This document shows positions 20,983 through 31,070 of a stretch of 64,000 nt of DNA, piece by piece. The DNA is from an uncultured Gammaproteobacteria bacterium. GTDB taxonomy: Bacteria > Pseudomonadota > Gammaproteobacteria > UBA9214. The stretch spans positions 128,001-192,000 of the forward strand of contig CAVVHS010000008.1 of NCBI GenBank assembly GCA_963748215.1. The letters run 5' to 3'. Position numbers and translations under genes: made by a program. Each line of letters opens with the position of its first letter. Positions within the stretch are counted from its first letter, which is position 1. Under the pieces are notes generated by a model. That model searched no databases. It saw only the letters and a list, made by a program, of their open reading frames with translations, and was not told the DNA's origin.

Positions 20983-23958
20983 ATGATCTCTCCTGCAACT
21001 GCGGCCTGTCCAGTGTGCGTACTCCTGCTGCTGGTTGTCGTGAGCGGCACATTGGCCGCAGCACCAAAGCATGCCGGCGACATTCAAGCCCGCGAGCAAA
21101 CGGCAAGCGTCCGGGAGCACATGCCGGAGCACCCGCTCCATACCAATCACGCGTTTTTCTTCCACGAGCCGTTCGCGGACGGCCCGAGCGTCACCCGCGC
21201 CTGCCTGGAATGCCACCCCGACTCGGCCCGCGAGGTCATGCAGACCGCGCACTGGAACTGGCAGGGCGAGGAAGTCATGGTGCCCGGGCACGACGGCGCA
21301 GTGCGCATCGGCAAGCGCAACGTCATCAACAATTTCTGCATCGGCGTGCAGTCCAACTGGCCGGCCTGCACCATGTGCCACATCGGCTACGGCTGGGAAG
21401 ACGAGCAATTCGATTTCCAGGACGCCTCGCGGGTCGACTGCCTGGTGTGCCATGACAACAGCGGCACCTACCGGAAGAAAGTCCGCGGCGCCGGCATGCC
21501 CGACGAATCCGTCGACTTGCTGGCCGTCGCGCGCAGCGTGGGTATGCCACGCCGCCAGAACTGTGGCGGCTGTCACTTCCAGGGCGGCGGCGGCAATGCC
21601 GTCAAGCACGGTGATATGGACGAGACGCTGCTGTTCCCCAGCGAGCGCATCGATGTGCACATGGGCCGGTACGACATGCAGTGCGTCGACTGTCATCGCA
21701 CCGAGCACCACGTGATCCGGGGCCGGGCCATGGCGGTCAGCGTCGACGACAAGAACCGCGTGGCATGCACCGACTGCCATGCCGAAACACCGCATGCCGA
21801 CGTGCGCCTGAACGCCCATACCACGCGACTGGCCTGCCAGACCTGCCATATTCCGCACATGGCGGCCGACACCGGCACCAAGATGTTCTGGGACTGGTCG
21901 GAGGCCGGCCAGGACCTGGACATCACCGACGAGCACCGCTACCTGAAGATCAAGGGCCGCTTCACCTGGGCCAGGAAATTGCCGCCGGAATACCGCTGGT
22001 ACAACGAGACTTCGACCCGCTATATCACCGGCGACACCATCGATCCCGCCCGGCCGACCCGGATCACCGCCCCCTTGGGTGACCGCGATGACCCCGGTGC
22101 AAAGATATGGCCGTTCAAGGTGCACCGTGGCAAGCAGCCCTATGACACCGAAAACAACTACTTCCTGGTGCCCAATGTGCATGGCGACAAGGGCTTCTGG
22201 ACTGCGTTCGACTGGGAGACCGCCCTGCAGACGGGCGCAGAGATTACCGGCCTGCCCTACAGCGGGTCCTACAAATTCGCCCCGACCGAGATGTACTTTC
22301 CGCTGTCCCACATGGTCACCGATCCGGACGAGGCACTGCAATGCCGTGACTGTCATGGCGAACGCGGCCGCATCGACTGGGTCGCACTGGGCTACAGCAG
22401 TGATCCGCTTGGCCGTCCGCGCCTGGAACACGACCCTGTCTACCTGAACGATGCCGATGGCGTGCCGGTGACCGAATCGGGCGCGCCGCTGTCGGTAAGC
22501 GAGACCTGCGGGATGTGCCACGAACTCGAGGATGAGGACTTCGTCGCCAGCCACGGCTATCACAGCAGTGTGCAGGATGACCTGCTGCCGCCCGAACGGC
22601 GCCGGCTGATGCGCGACGGACCACGCATCCCGTCTGATGTGGACAACCAGATGAACTGCTTCCTGTGCCACCTGCAGGAGGCCGACCTTGACGGCCGGCA
22701 GGCCGCTATCGACGCCGGCGCTCCGGAATGGTCGATCAGCGCCACCTTGCTGGGCACGGGCCTGATCGCGGCATTACCAGACGGTTACCAGTGGAACAGC
22801 GAGCGGTTCGGTGAGGACGGCGAGACCGCCATCGACCTGCAACCGGTGTCCGAGGCGCAATGCGGCGCCTGCCACGGCATGGTCCATGACGGCGCCGACG
22901 CACTGCAGGTTACTCTGGGCACCGGGCAGTACTGGACCACGGAGACCACCGGCCAGGTGTTCTCGCCACAGCCGGTGCGGCTGTCCGGCATGAACCACAA
23001 GAACAAGGACACGCTCGACCTGGTGTGGGATGTGCATGCCGAACGCCTGGTCTCCTGCGGCGACTGCCATTACACGAGCAAGCGCCCCGAACGTCTGGCG
23101 GGTACGACTACGCCGGCGGGCGTGGTCCCGTCCGAGGGCGTCAAGCGCCGCTGCGAGAGCTGTCACAGCCTGGATGATACACATAGCTGGTTGCCGGAAG
23201 CGGCGCGCCACTACCATGCGGTCGCCTGCGAAGCCTGCCACGTACCGAGACTGGAAATGGGTGCAAGGGAAAGCATCGACAACACCGTCATGCAGCCGGA
23301 CGCCTCGCCATTGATCAGCTATCGCGGTATAGACGACACCAGCCTGGAAAATATCAGTGCCGCCTACATTACCGGCTACCGGCCCCTGCTGCGGGTCGGC
23401 AAGAGCGCGCTGGGCATGAACCAGGTACTGTCCTACAACCTGGTTACAGAATGGCACTGGGCAGACGGAGACAACCCCGCACCGCTTGCGGCACAACAGC
23501 TACGTGCGGCCTGGCTTGAGGATGGCGGCTACCCGGTTGCGATCATGGAAACCTTTGACGCCGATCACAACGGCCAGCTGGACCGGCAGGAGCTGCGCCT
23601 GGACGACAACAGCAAGCTGATGCTGATCAAGGAGCGGTTGCGTGCCGCGGGGGTGCGCAACCCGATGGTTCGCGGCGAGGTGCGCGCCTACCACATCCAT
23701 CACAATATCCGCCACGGCGCCCGGGTAAACCGCGACTGCACGGCCTGCCACCCGGACGACAAACAGGCCATGCCGGGATTCGAGCTGGCGCCCTATGTAC
23801 CGGCCGACGTGAAACCGGTGCTGATGCAGGACACAACCGAGATCGTCCTCGACGGCAGCTGGGACAAGACTGCGGACGGCAGCCTGCGCTTCGCGCCCGC
23901 ACGCGGCGTCGCGGAATCCTGGCAGGCGCAGGAGAACACCATACGGAGCGAACCATGA
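20983..23958 (+). CDS. 15-heme cytochrome c: octaheme tetrathionate reductase (OTR)-family domain fused to a second 7-heme OTR-like domain
   Basis: 15 CxxCH motifs; N-terminal half has OTR signature (VT.ACL.CH, HW.W, GK..V.NNFC, CT.CH.GYGW, GGGGNAVKHGD, DVHM, PFKVH.GKQPYD); signal peptide; start position uncertain. Confidence 0.88.
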   Translation: MISPATAACPVCVLLLLVVVSGTLAAAPKHAGDIQAREQTASVREHMPEHPLHTNHAFFFHEPFADGPSVTRACLECHPDSAREVMQTAHWNWQGEEVMVPGHDGAVRIGKRNVINNFCIGVQSNWPACTMCHIGYGWEDEQFDFQDASRVDCLVCHDNSGTYRKKVRGAGMPDESVDLLAVARSVGMPRRQNCGGCHFQGGGGNAVKHGDMDETLLFPSERIDVHMGRYDMQCVDCHRTEHHVIRGRAMAVSVDDKNRVACTDCHAETPHADVRLNAHTTRLACQTCHIPHMAADTGTKMFWDWSEAGQDLDITDEHRYLKIKGRFTWARKLPPEYRWYNETSTRYITGDTIDPARPTRITAPLGDRDDPGAKIWPFKVHRGKQPYDTENNYFLVPNVHGDKGFWTAFDWETALQTGAEITGLPYSGSYKFAPTEMYFPLSHMVTDPDEALQCRDCHGERGRIDWVALGYSSDPLGRPRLEHDPVYLNDADGVPVTESGAPLSVSETCGMCHELEDEDFVASHGYHSSVQDDLLPPERRRLMRDGPRIPSDVDNQMNCFLCHLQEADLDGRQAAIDAGAPEWSISATLLGTGLIAALPDGYQWNSERFGEDGETAIDLQPVSEAQCGACHGMVHDGADALQVTLGTGQYWTTETTGQVFSPQPVRLSGMNHKNKDTLDLVWDVHAERLVSCGDCHYTSKRPERLAGTTTPAGVVPSEGVKRRCESCHSLDDTHSWLPEAARHYHAVACEACHVPRLEMGARESIDNTVMQPDASPLISYRGIDDTSLENISAAYITGYRPLLRVGKSALGMNQVLSYNLVTEWHWADGDNPAPLAAQQLRAAWLEDGGYPVAIMETFDADHNGQLDRQELRLDDNSKLMLIKERLRAAGVRNPMVRGEVRAYHIHHNIRHGARVNRDCTACHPDDKQAMPGFELAPYVPADVKPVLMQDTTEIVLDGSWDKTADGSLRFAPARGVAESWQAQENTIRSEP

Positions 23959-24506
23959 ATGACATGTCCGACAAGATCAAATACTGGAATCCCTACCTGG
24001 GTGGCGCACTGCTGGGCGTCCTGCTGTTCCTGTCGTTTTTCATCACCGGCCACGGGCTGGGCGCCTCGGGCGGCGTCAATCGCATCACCGTCGCGATTCA
24101 GGACCTGGTCGTCCCCAAACATGTCGACAAGTCGCCCTATCTCGCGGAACTGGCCGGCGGTGACCGGGACCCGCTGCGCCACTGGATCGTACTGGAGGTG
24201 GCCGGGGTCATGCTCGGTGGCTTCGTGTCCGGCCTGCTGCGCGGCCGCGTGCGTCTGCAGACCTATCACGGCCCGCTGATCACACCGCGCACCCGCTGGG
24301 CCTTCGCCTTCGCGGGCGGCGTCCTGATGGGCTATGGCGCACGCCTGGCGCGCGGCTGCACCTCGGGCCAGGCGCTGAGCGGCGGGGCCGTCCTGTCGGT
24401 CGGCAGCTGGGCCTTCATGTTCGCCGTGTTTGCCGGCGGATACGCCCTGGCGTGGTTCGTCCGGCGCCTGTGGCAACCGGGAGACATAGCCGATGGCGCC
24501 CTTTGA
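23955..24506 (+). CDS. YeeE/YedE sulfur-compound transporter, first half
   Basis: YWNPYLGG, GLGASG, GG.LMG.GARLARGCTSG; ATGA overlap with upstream gene. Confidence 0.9.
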   Translation: MNDMSDKIKYWNPYLGGALLGVLLFLSFFITGHGLGASGGVNRITVAIQDLVVPKHVDKSPYLAELAGGDRDPLRHWIVLEVAGVMLGGFVSGLLRGRVRLQTYHGPLITPRTRWAFAFAGGVLMGYGARLARGCTSGQALSGGAVLSVGSWAFMFAVFAGGYALAWFVRRLWQPGDIADGAL

Positions 24507-25089
24507 TCTGACCACCACGCTCGGGGTCACCGGTTCCTACCTGGTCTACCTCGGTATCGGCTTCTGCTTCGGCTTCATCCTGGAATCCAGCGGCTTCGGG
24601 GATTCACGCAAGCTGGCCGCCCAGTTCTACTTCCGGGAACTGCGCGTGCTGAAGGTGATGTTCACCGCCATCGTGGTCGCGATGCTGCTGGTGTTCTGGG
24701 CCACGGCGCTGGGATGGCTTGATTACGACGACATCATGGTCAATGAAACCTGGTTGTGGCCCGGCATCGTCGGCGGTCTGATCATGGGTGTGGGCTTCAT
24801 CCTTGGTGGCTATTGCCCCGGCACCTCGCTGGTCAGCACGGCGACACTGAAGGTGGACGGCATGTTCTTTTTGCTTGGACTTTTTGTCGGGGTACTCGTC
24901 TTTGGTGAGACCGTGGGTTACATCAACGCGTTCTGGAACTCCAGCTACATGGGCCGCTTCATCCTGCCGGAACTGCTCGGACTCGAGATCGGGGTGGTGG
25001 TGTTGCTGGTGGTCTGTCTGGCCATCGCCATGTTCCTGGGATTTGGCTGGATCCAGCGACTGATCTACGGCCGGGGAGACCCGGAATGA
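24493..25089 (+). CDS. YeeE/YedE sulfur-compound transporter, second half
   Basis: G..FGF.LE..GF, VLKVMFTAI, GG.IMG.GF.LGGYCPGT. Confidence 0.9.
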   Translation: MAPFDLTTTLGVTGSYLVYLGIGFCFGFILESSGFGDSRKLAAQFYFRELRVLKVMFTAIVVAMLLVFWATALGWLDYDDIMVNETWLWPGIVGGLIMGVGFILGGYCPGTSLVSTATLKVDGMFFLLGLFVGVLVFGETVGYINAFWNSSYMGRFILPELLGLEIGVVVLLVVCLAIAMFLGFGWIQRLIYGRGDPE

Positions 25090-25736
25090 ACACCCTGTTC
25101 AACCCGCACAGCCTCGGCGCCGCCTTCCTGCTCGCGGCCGCAGCGGCACTGGCACTGCATGGCCAGCCCGATCTGGAACAGAAGTGGGCCTTCATGGCAC
25201 CGGAGTACGGCTCCCGGCTGACATATCGCGAGGTCTACATCGACCCGGCCGAGCTGCTGGACCTGATGAACAACGACTATATCGAGCTGGTCATTTACGA
25301 CGTGCGCGACGAGCGCGACTGGAACATGTTTCACCTGGTGGATGCCGAACGCATCGCCCTGGACGACCTGCCGGGACAACGGGAACGGTTACGCGCGCTG
25401 TCGGAGCTTGGCGTGGTCGTGATTGTCAGCAACGACGAAATTCTTGCAACGGAGGCCTGGAAACGGATAATGGCACTGGCCAAACCCAATGCTTACATCC
25501 TGGAGGGCGGCCTCAATCACTGGCTCAATATCTACGGCGTAACGAATGAAGAAGCCACGGATCATGCCACGGCCAGCCTGGCCGAACCGGACGGCACCCT
25601 GCGGCATCCGTTCAAGCTGGCGCTGGGTGCCCGGCATGCGGCGGCACGCCCGGATGAACACCGCGTGCCGCAACGGGAATATACCGCCAAAGTCAGACTG
25701 CTCAAGAAAGTCGCCAAGGCGGGCGGCTGTAACTAG
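25086..25736 (+). CDS. Rhodanese-fold protein with hydrophobic N-terminus, no active-loop Cys, C-terminal GGCN
   Basis: YDVRDE.DW..FHL..A, YILEGG...W; loop reads VIVSNDE; the only Cys is penultimate. Confidence 0.8.
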   Translation: MNTLFNPHSLGAAFLLAAAAALALHGQPDLEQKWAFMAPEYGSRLTYREVYIDPAELLDLMNNDYIELVIYDVRDERDWNMFHLVDAERIALDDLPGQRERLRALSELGVVVIVSNDEILATEAWKRIMALAKPNAYILEGGLNHWLNIYGVTNEEATDHATASLAEPDGTLRHPFKLALGARHAAARPDEHRVPQREYTAKVRLLKKVAKAGGCN

Positions 25737-25764
25737 ATCTGGAACACGGGAGACCCGAATCACC

Positions 25765-26701
25765 ATGAACATCAAACGCCTGCTTGTGATTTGCCTGCTT
25801 GCCTGGAGCGCCATCGTCGTACGGCGCCGGTGAAGAAGCTGTCGAGGAGAATCCCTGCCAGGGCATGGCGGAAGGCGAAGTCATGGGCGTGGAGGTCTGC
25901 AATGAATGTCACGCGGACCAGGTCACCGGCATGCGCATGAACTCGCACGGCCAGGCGGCGGATGCCCGGACACCCTTTGCCGGTGATGGCTGCGAAACCT
26001 GTCATGGACCGGGCACCACGCATTTCGAGGTGGAAGGCAACTGCATTATCAGCCTGCGCGGCAAGTTCGGCGAATCCGTGGAACTGCGCAACGACATTTG
26101 CCTCGACTGCCACAGCAGCGACATGATGCACTGGCCCGGCAGCACCCACGAAAGCGAGGACCTCGCCTGTACCAGCTGCCACGAAATTCACACCCCGGGC
26201 AAGGTACTGGAGCGCACGACCCAGGCCGAGGTGTGCTACCGGTGCCACAAGGACATCACGGGCACAAACCTTCCGGTCGTCCACGCACCCGATCCGGGAT
26301 GGCAAGGTGGTCTGCAGCGATTGCCACAATCCGCATGGCTCCGCGGGGCCTGCAGCACTGAAGCAAACCGGGCATCAACGAAACCTGTTACAGCTGTCAC
26401 GCCGAGAAGCGCGGCCCGTTCCTGTGGGAACATTTCCCGGTCACCGAGGACTGCACCCTGTGTCACCAGGCGCATGGCTCCAGCCACGAGTCGCTGCTGA
26501 ACCGGCAGCCTCCGCAACTCTGCCAGCAATGCCACCAGGACATCAGCACCCAGGGCCGGCAGGCATGTACGTCGTTTCCTGGACTTTGACGAACCCGCTG
26601 ATCCCGCACGCCGCCGCCTGATCGTGGGCGAGAGCTGCATGAACTGCCATTCACAAATACATGGTTCCAACCACCCGTCCGGTGTGAACCTGATGCGCTA
26701 A
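25765..26701 (+). CDS. mtrA: DmsE/MtrA/MtoA/PioA-family decaheme cytochrome c (four single-base frameshifts in this assembly)
   Basis: Reconstructed across frames: signal [94 protein letters not shown]; breaks near 25810, 26257, 26367, 26557. Confidence 0.9.
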
Positions 26702-26737
26702 GGAACTGCAACGGTATTCGTTACCAGGTAGCCGGCT

Positions 26738-28850
26738 ATGCACATGAAAATACCCGTTACGATGATCAGCCTGCTGGTCATGACCCTCAGCCCGGTTGCA
26801 ATCCGCGCACAGGAGACAGGCGCGCAGCCGGAACAAAATGATCCCCTGCTGTACAGCACGCTGGAAGCGGGTATCGGCTACAGCAGCGACGACGCCTACC
26901 GCTTTGGCCGTTACACCGGTCTGAAAGACGAAGGGCCATACCTGCTCGGTGACGTGGATGCCTACAGCTATACCGAAGACGGTCGATTCTGGAGCGCGCG
27001 CGGCACGAACCTCGGACTGGACTCCCGTTACCTGCGACTTGAGGGCGGCAGGCAGGGACAGCAGCAGTACTTCATCGAATACGACCGGCTGCCCAATTAT
27101 GAAAACAATACCGCGAGCACACCGTTCCTGGGTACCGGATCCGGCTCGCTGACGCTGCCCGCCGGCTTTGATATCACCACCAACCTGAACAGTTTCCTGC
27201 TGCCCTTCGATATCGAGACGACGCGGGAACGTATCGGTCTGGGTGCCCGGTTCGTCCCCCGGCGCAACTGGAAGCTGGACGTTGCCTTTCGGCACGAAAC
27301 CAAGGACGGGACTGACCGTATCGGCAGCGTCATAGCCAAAGGCATTGGCGGCGGTCCCGGTGACGGTCTGCTCACCAATGCCACCGCCGCCCTGTTGCCG
27401 GAACCCATCGACTACACCACCAAGCTGGTGGATGTGACGCTGCACTATGCGAAGGGCAAGGGCCAGTTCGATATCGCCTATCACCTGTCGCTGTTCGACA
27501 ATGGCATAGATGCGCTCAGCTGGGAGGACCCGTTTGCGACCCTGGTCGATGGCGTAATCGATGGCAGACAGTCCCTGGAACCGGACAACGAATTTCACCA
27601 GCTGGCCTTCACCGGGAGCTACCAGCTGCCCTATCAAAGCCAGATAACGGGTTTACTCTCCGCGGGCCGCATGACCCAGGACCAGGCCTTCCTGCCCTAC
27701 AGCGTTACTGCCGGCGCAGCGTTACCACGCAATTCGCTCGATGGCGAGGTATGGCTGACCACGGCCCAGCTCGCATGGAACAGCCGGCCCACGAGCAATC
27801 TGCGCCTCAATGCCCGCTACCGCTATGACGAGCGGGACAACAATTCACCGGTCGACATCGTATGCCTATATCGTTGCCGATGACCCTTCCGTTGCCTTTG
27901 CACCGGTTACGAATCGCCCACTCGGTTATCAACGCGACCAGTTTGACCTGACGCTCAACTACCGTATCAGCACCGGCATGAGTCTGCGCACCGGTTACCG
28001 CTACGATGCCATGTCCCGTGATTACCAGAATGCGGAACGTGCAGATACCAAGGAAAACACCCTGTTCGCGAAATGGAAGGTGGTGCCGCACGCAAAGGTG
28101 GATCTGTCCCTGAATGCCGAGGCAAGCAGCCGCGATGGCAACAACTACCAGCCACCCGTCGGAGAAAACCCGGCCCTGCGCAAATACCACCTTGCGGACC
28201 GTGGCCGTACCAAGATGGGCGCGGCAATGACTTTCATGCCCACCGAACAGCTGGACATCACGGCCAGCGCCGATTACATACGGGATGAATACCACAACTC
28301 GGACATCGGCCTGACAGAGGCGACCCAACCCACCTGGACGCTGGATATCGCCTGGCGGCCACATGAGTCTGTTACCACCAATGCCTGGTATACCCGCGAG
28401 GATATCGAGTCCAGCCAGGCGGGCGAGGATGCCGGCAGCGGCGCAATCCTCGGCATTCCCAACTGGACCGCGGATTTCGATGACACCGTGCACAGCGTGG
28501 GGCTGGGCGGCCGGGTGGACGGCATCCGCAACAAGTGGGATGTCGGCGCTGACATCGTGCATACCCGCACTGCCGGCGAGGTCGAGCTGGTCAACCAGGT
28601 GCCGGGCAGCGTCGTCACGCCCTACCCGGACCTGAAGACCTCACTGACCAGCCTGAAACTCTGGACCCGGTACCGCTACCGCAAGGACCTTTCCTGGAAA
28701 CTGGGCTACCGCTATGAACGCTACGCCGCGGACAACTGGGCACTGGACAACCTGCAGGCGGACAGTGTTGCGAATCTGCTGTTACTGGACGAGGAAACCC
28801 CGGACTACGACGTGCACGTCATCACGACGTCCGTCAGCTATCAGTTCTGA
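26738..28850 (+). CDS. mtrB: MtrB/PioB family outer-membrane porin (one frameshift near 27857)
   Basis: FGRYTGL, LGLDSR.L.LEGG.QG, EPIDY.T, PDN.FHQ, ENP.LRKY.LADR, C-terminal Phe (SYQF); follows decaheme gene. Confidence 0.92.
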
Positions 28851-28870
28851 TATAGCCACGCGCTGACGAA

Positions 28871-29951
28871 ATCGGCATAGGGGGCGGTCAGCATTGCTGA
28901 CCGTTCCCCTGCCACACCACCCGGCATGCGGGTCCGCACCGGGCGGTTCGAGAAGTTGAGGTCATGAGAGACGTGGCACTCCCAGCCGGTCGAAGTAGGC
29001 AATCGTCAGCACATGATGCACCGCGGAGAGGCTGTTATGCCACCAGCGGCGGCTCAGCGCCGCCACCGATTGCGCCACCCGGGGATTAGCTCCGAGCCGG
29101 AGCAGTTCCCGGTAGATCGTCTTGCCACGACGCCATTGCTTGAGGTGAAGGGCTCTCGGACGGCGACGTATCCACTCATCCAGCGATCGCCAGATTCGCG
29201 GGGTTTGTGCCAGCCCATAGTACCCTTTCCATCCCAACAGATAACGACGCAGTCTCTCGACCACCTCCGCCATACTGCGCCCGCCGTTGCGCCGGGTCAG
29301 TTGCCTGACCCTTTGCTTGAACGCCTCCAGCGCCTTCTCCGACACCCCGCGCCGTACCTCGCCATTCCCGGCCTGCCACAGGGCGTAGCCGAGAAACTTG
29401 CGGCTGAACACGCTGGCCACCGCACTCTTGGATTCATTGATCTTCAAGTGCAGTTTGTCGTAGCAGCGCCGCAGGAGCGCCATCACCCGCTCGCCCGCCT
29501 TCTGACTGCGTACATACACATGGCAGTCGTCGGCGTAGCGGGCAAAGCAATGCCCTCTGCGTTCCAGCTCACGATCCACCTCATCCAACAGCACGTTGGC
29601 CAGCAGCGGGTAGAGCGGGCCGCCTTGCGGCGTCCCCTCCACGCGCTCGATCACCACGCCGCCATCCATGATCCCCGCATTCAGGTAGGCCCGAACCAAC
29701 CGGATAACCCCGGCATCGTTCACGTTCTTGCTTACGCTACCTCGCCTTGATCACGAGAGCTTCGCGGCTTCATGCCCGCTCGCCCTGCTCGGCAGCGCCT
29801 TCTATCCGGTTCTTGTCCATCGGCTCGCAGCTTCGCTTCACGATTCCTCCCCACACTCGGTCACCCTTATGCAGTTGCGCTTCGCTTCGTTCGCCGTGAT
29901 CAACTTACGGTGGGACTTACACCCACAACAGTGCACCCGTGCCGGGCGCAC
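28871..29951 (-). mobile_element. Bacterial class C group II intron, internally deleted
   Basis: 5' end GTGCGCCCGG at 29951 just after a stem-loop; domain V gaaccgcccggtgcggacccgcatgccgggtggtgt and domain VI ending ...ctatgccgAT at 28871; only about 1.08 kb. Confidence 0.9.
28962..29731 (-). pseudogene. ltrA: Group II intron reverse transcriptase/maturase, N-terminally truncated
   Basis: GTPQGG, RYADD, FLGY, GWKGYY and maturase X domain present; RT0-RT3 missing; PQGGPLYPLL instead of PLSPLL. Confidence 0.88.
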
Positions 29952-29956
29952 ATGAT

Positions 29957-29982
29957 AAGGGCCGCATCATGCGGCCCTTTTT
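29957..29982. terminator. Rho-independent (probably bidirectional) terminator; intron target site
   Basis: aagggccgca-tca-tgcggccctt followed by T-run. Confidence 0.85.
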
Positions 29983-30003
29983 CATTCCCGGCTGCTCAGC
30001 CCG

Positions 30004-30372
30004 TCACTTGACGTGACACAGCTTGCATTTCTTCGGCTGTGGACCGGCCTCCCCGCCGTGCGCCACCGTGTATTCGTGACAACCGGCGCAGGTCGAATGA
30101 AACACCGTCTTGACCTTGGGCGCTTCAGCGTCTTTATCCCCATGGCATTCATGGCAGGGCTTGACGCGCTCGTCACCGGCCTCGAGGGTATGGTGACAGG
30201 TCGTGCACTCGGTGACAGTGAGATCGGCATGCATCTTGTGCAGGAAGGTCACCGTGCCCAGTTTCGTTTCGAACTGGATGACTTCCTTGTCGGATGGAAT
30301 GACCGGCTCTTCGGCGAGCACAACACCTGGCAGGCACATCACGGCAGCCAGCAGCATCAAATAACTTCGCAT
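30004..30372 (-). CDS. Tetraheme cytochrome c3-like (class III) periplasmic cytochrome
   Basis: Signal peptide; VTF.H..H, CTTCHH, CHECH, FH..CAGCH, GP...CKLCH. Confidence 0.9.
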   Translation of the reverse strand: MRSYLMLLAAVMCLPGVVLAEEPVIPSDKEVIQFETKLGTVTFLHKMHADLTVTECTTCHHTLEAGDERVKPCHECHGDKDAEAPKVKTVFHSTCAGCHEYTVAHGGEAGPQPKKCKLCHVK

Positions 30373-30767
30373 GATTTTCTCCAATAACTGAACAGACACA
30401 TCGATCAACCAAACCGCTGCCCCGGGCATCCCCGTGTCTGCACGAGGATAATTGGGACCCTCTACGTCACGCCAGACCATGATTCGGCATCGGGCCGGAA
30501 TTCCATTTTTTTCAACGCTGCTATTGTAGCAATTACCGGCCTGGATTTCCCCCGGTTCAGCAGTCCTCCGTCTGGGGGCCAGCATGACCCCGGACAGGGT
30601 TCGATGCGTGAGCTGCGGCACCAGAGACAGTTCAGATCATCCCGGCCGGTATCGACTGTCTGTCTGAAAATCAGGCACGACGGTGACACCTTGTGGTTTA
30701 ATCCGGGTCGGGACGCTACGAACACCGGCACCCCGCTGCACCCGATAACAGGATGGAGGAACCGGCC

Positions 30768-31070
30768 ATGCACGTCACGCTCGTTCATGTCACCGTGAAA
30801 CCCGGGCACATCGACGACTTCATCGAGGCGACGCGCCGCAACCACGAGGCCTCGGTGCAGGAACCGGGCAACCGGCGCTTCGACGTGCTGCAGTCATCCG
30901 ACGAACCGGCGCAGTTCGTACTCTACGAGGCCTATGCCAGTGCGAAGGACGCACAGGCGCACAAGCAGACGACGCACTATCTTGCCTGGCGGGACGCCGT
31001 GGCGGACTGGATGGCGGCACCGCGCCGGGGCGTATCCTACGCCGGCCTGTTCCCCCGGGCCCGGGCGTGA
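30768..31070 (+). CDS. ABM/LsrG-like dimeric alpha-beta barrel protein
   Basis: EPGN.RFDVLQ, FVLYEAY, HKQT.HY..WR. Confidence 0.88.
   Translation: MHVTLVHVTVKPGHIDDFIEATRRNHEASVQEPGNRRFDVLQSSDEPAQFVLYEAYASAKDAQAHKQTTHYLAWRDAVADWMAAPRRGVSYAGLFPRARA

Noticed and set aside
28962-29723. RT as a retron, DGR or defence RT
   Set aside because: Group II intron 5' end, domains V/VI and maturase domain are all present
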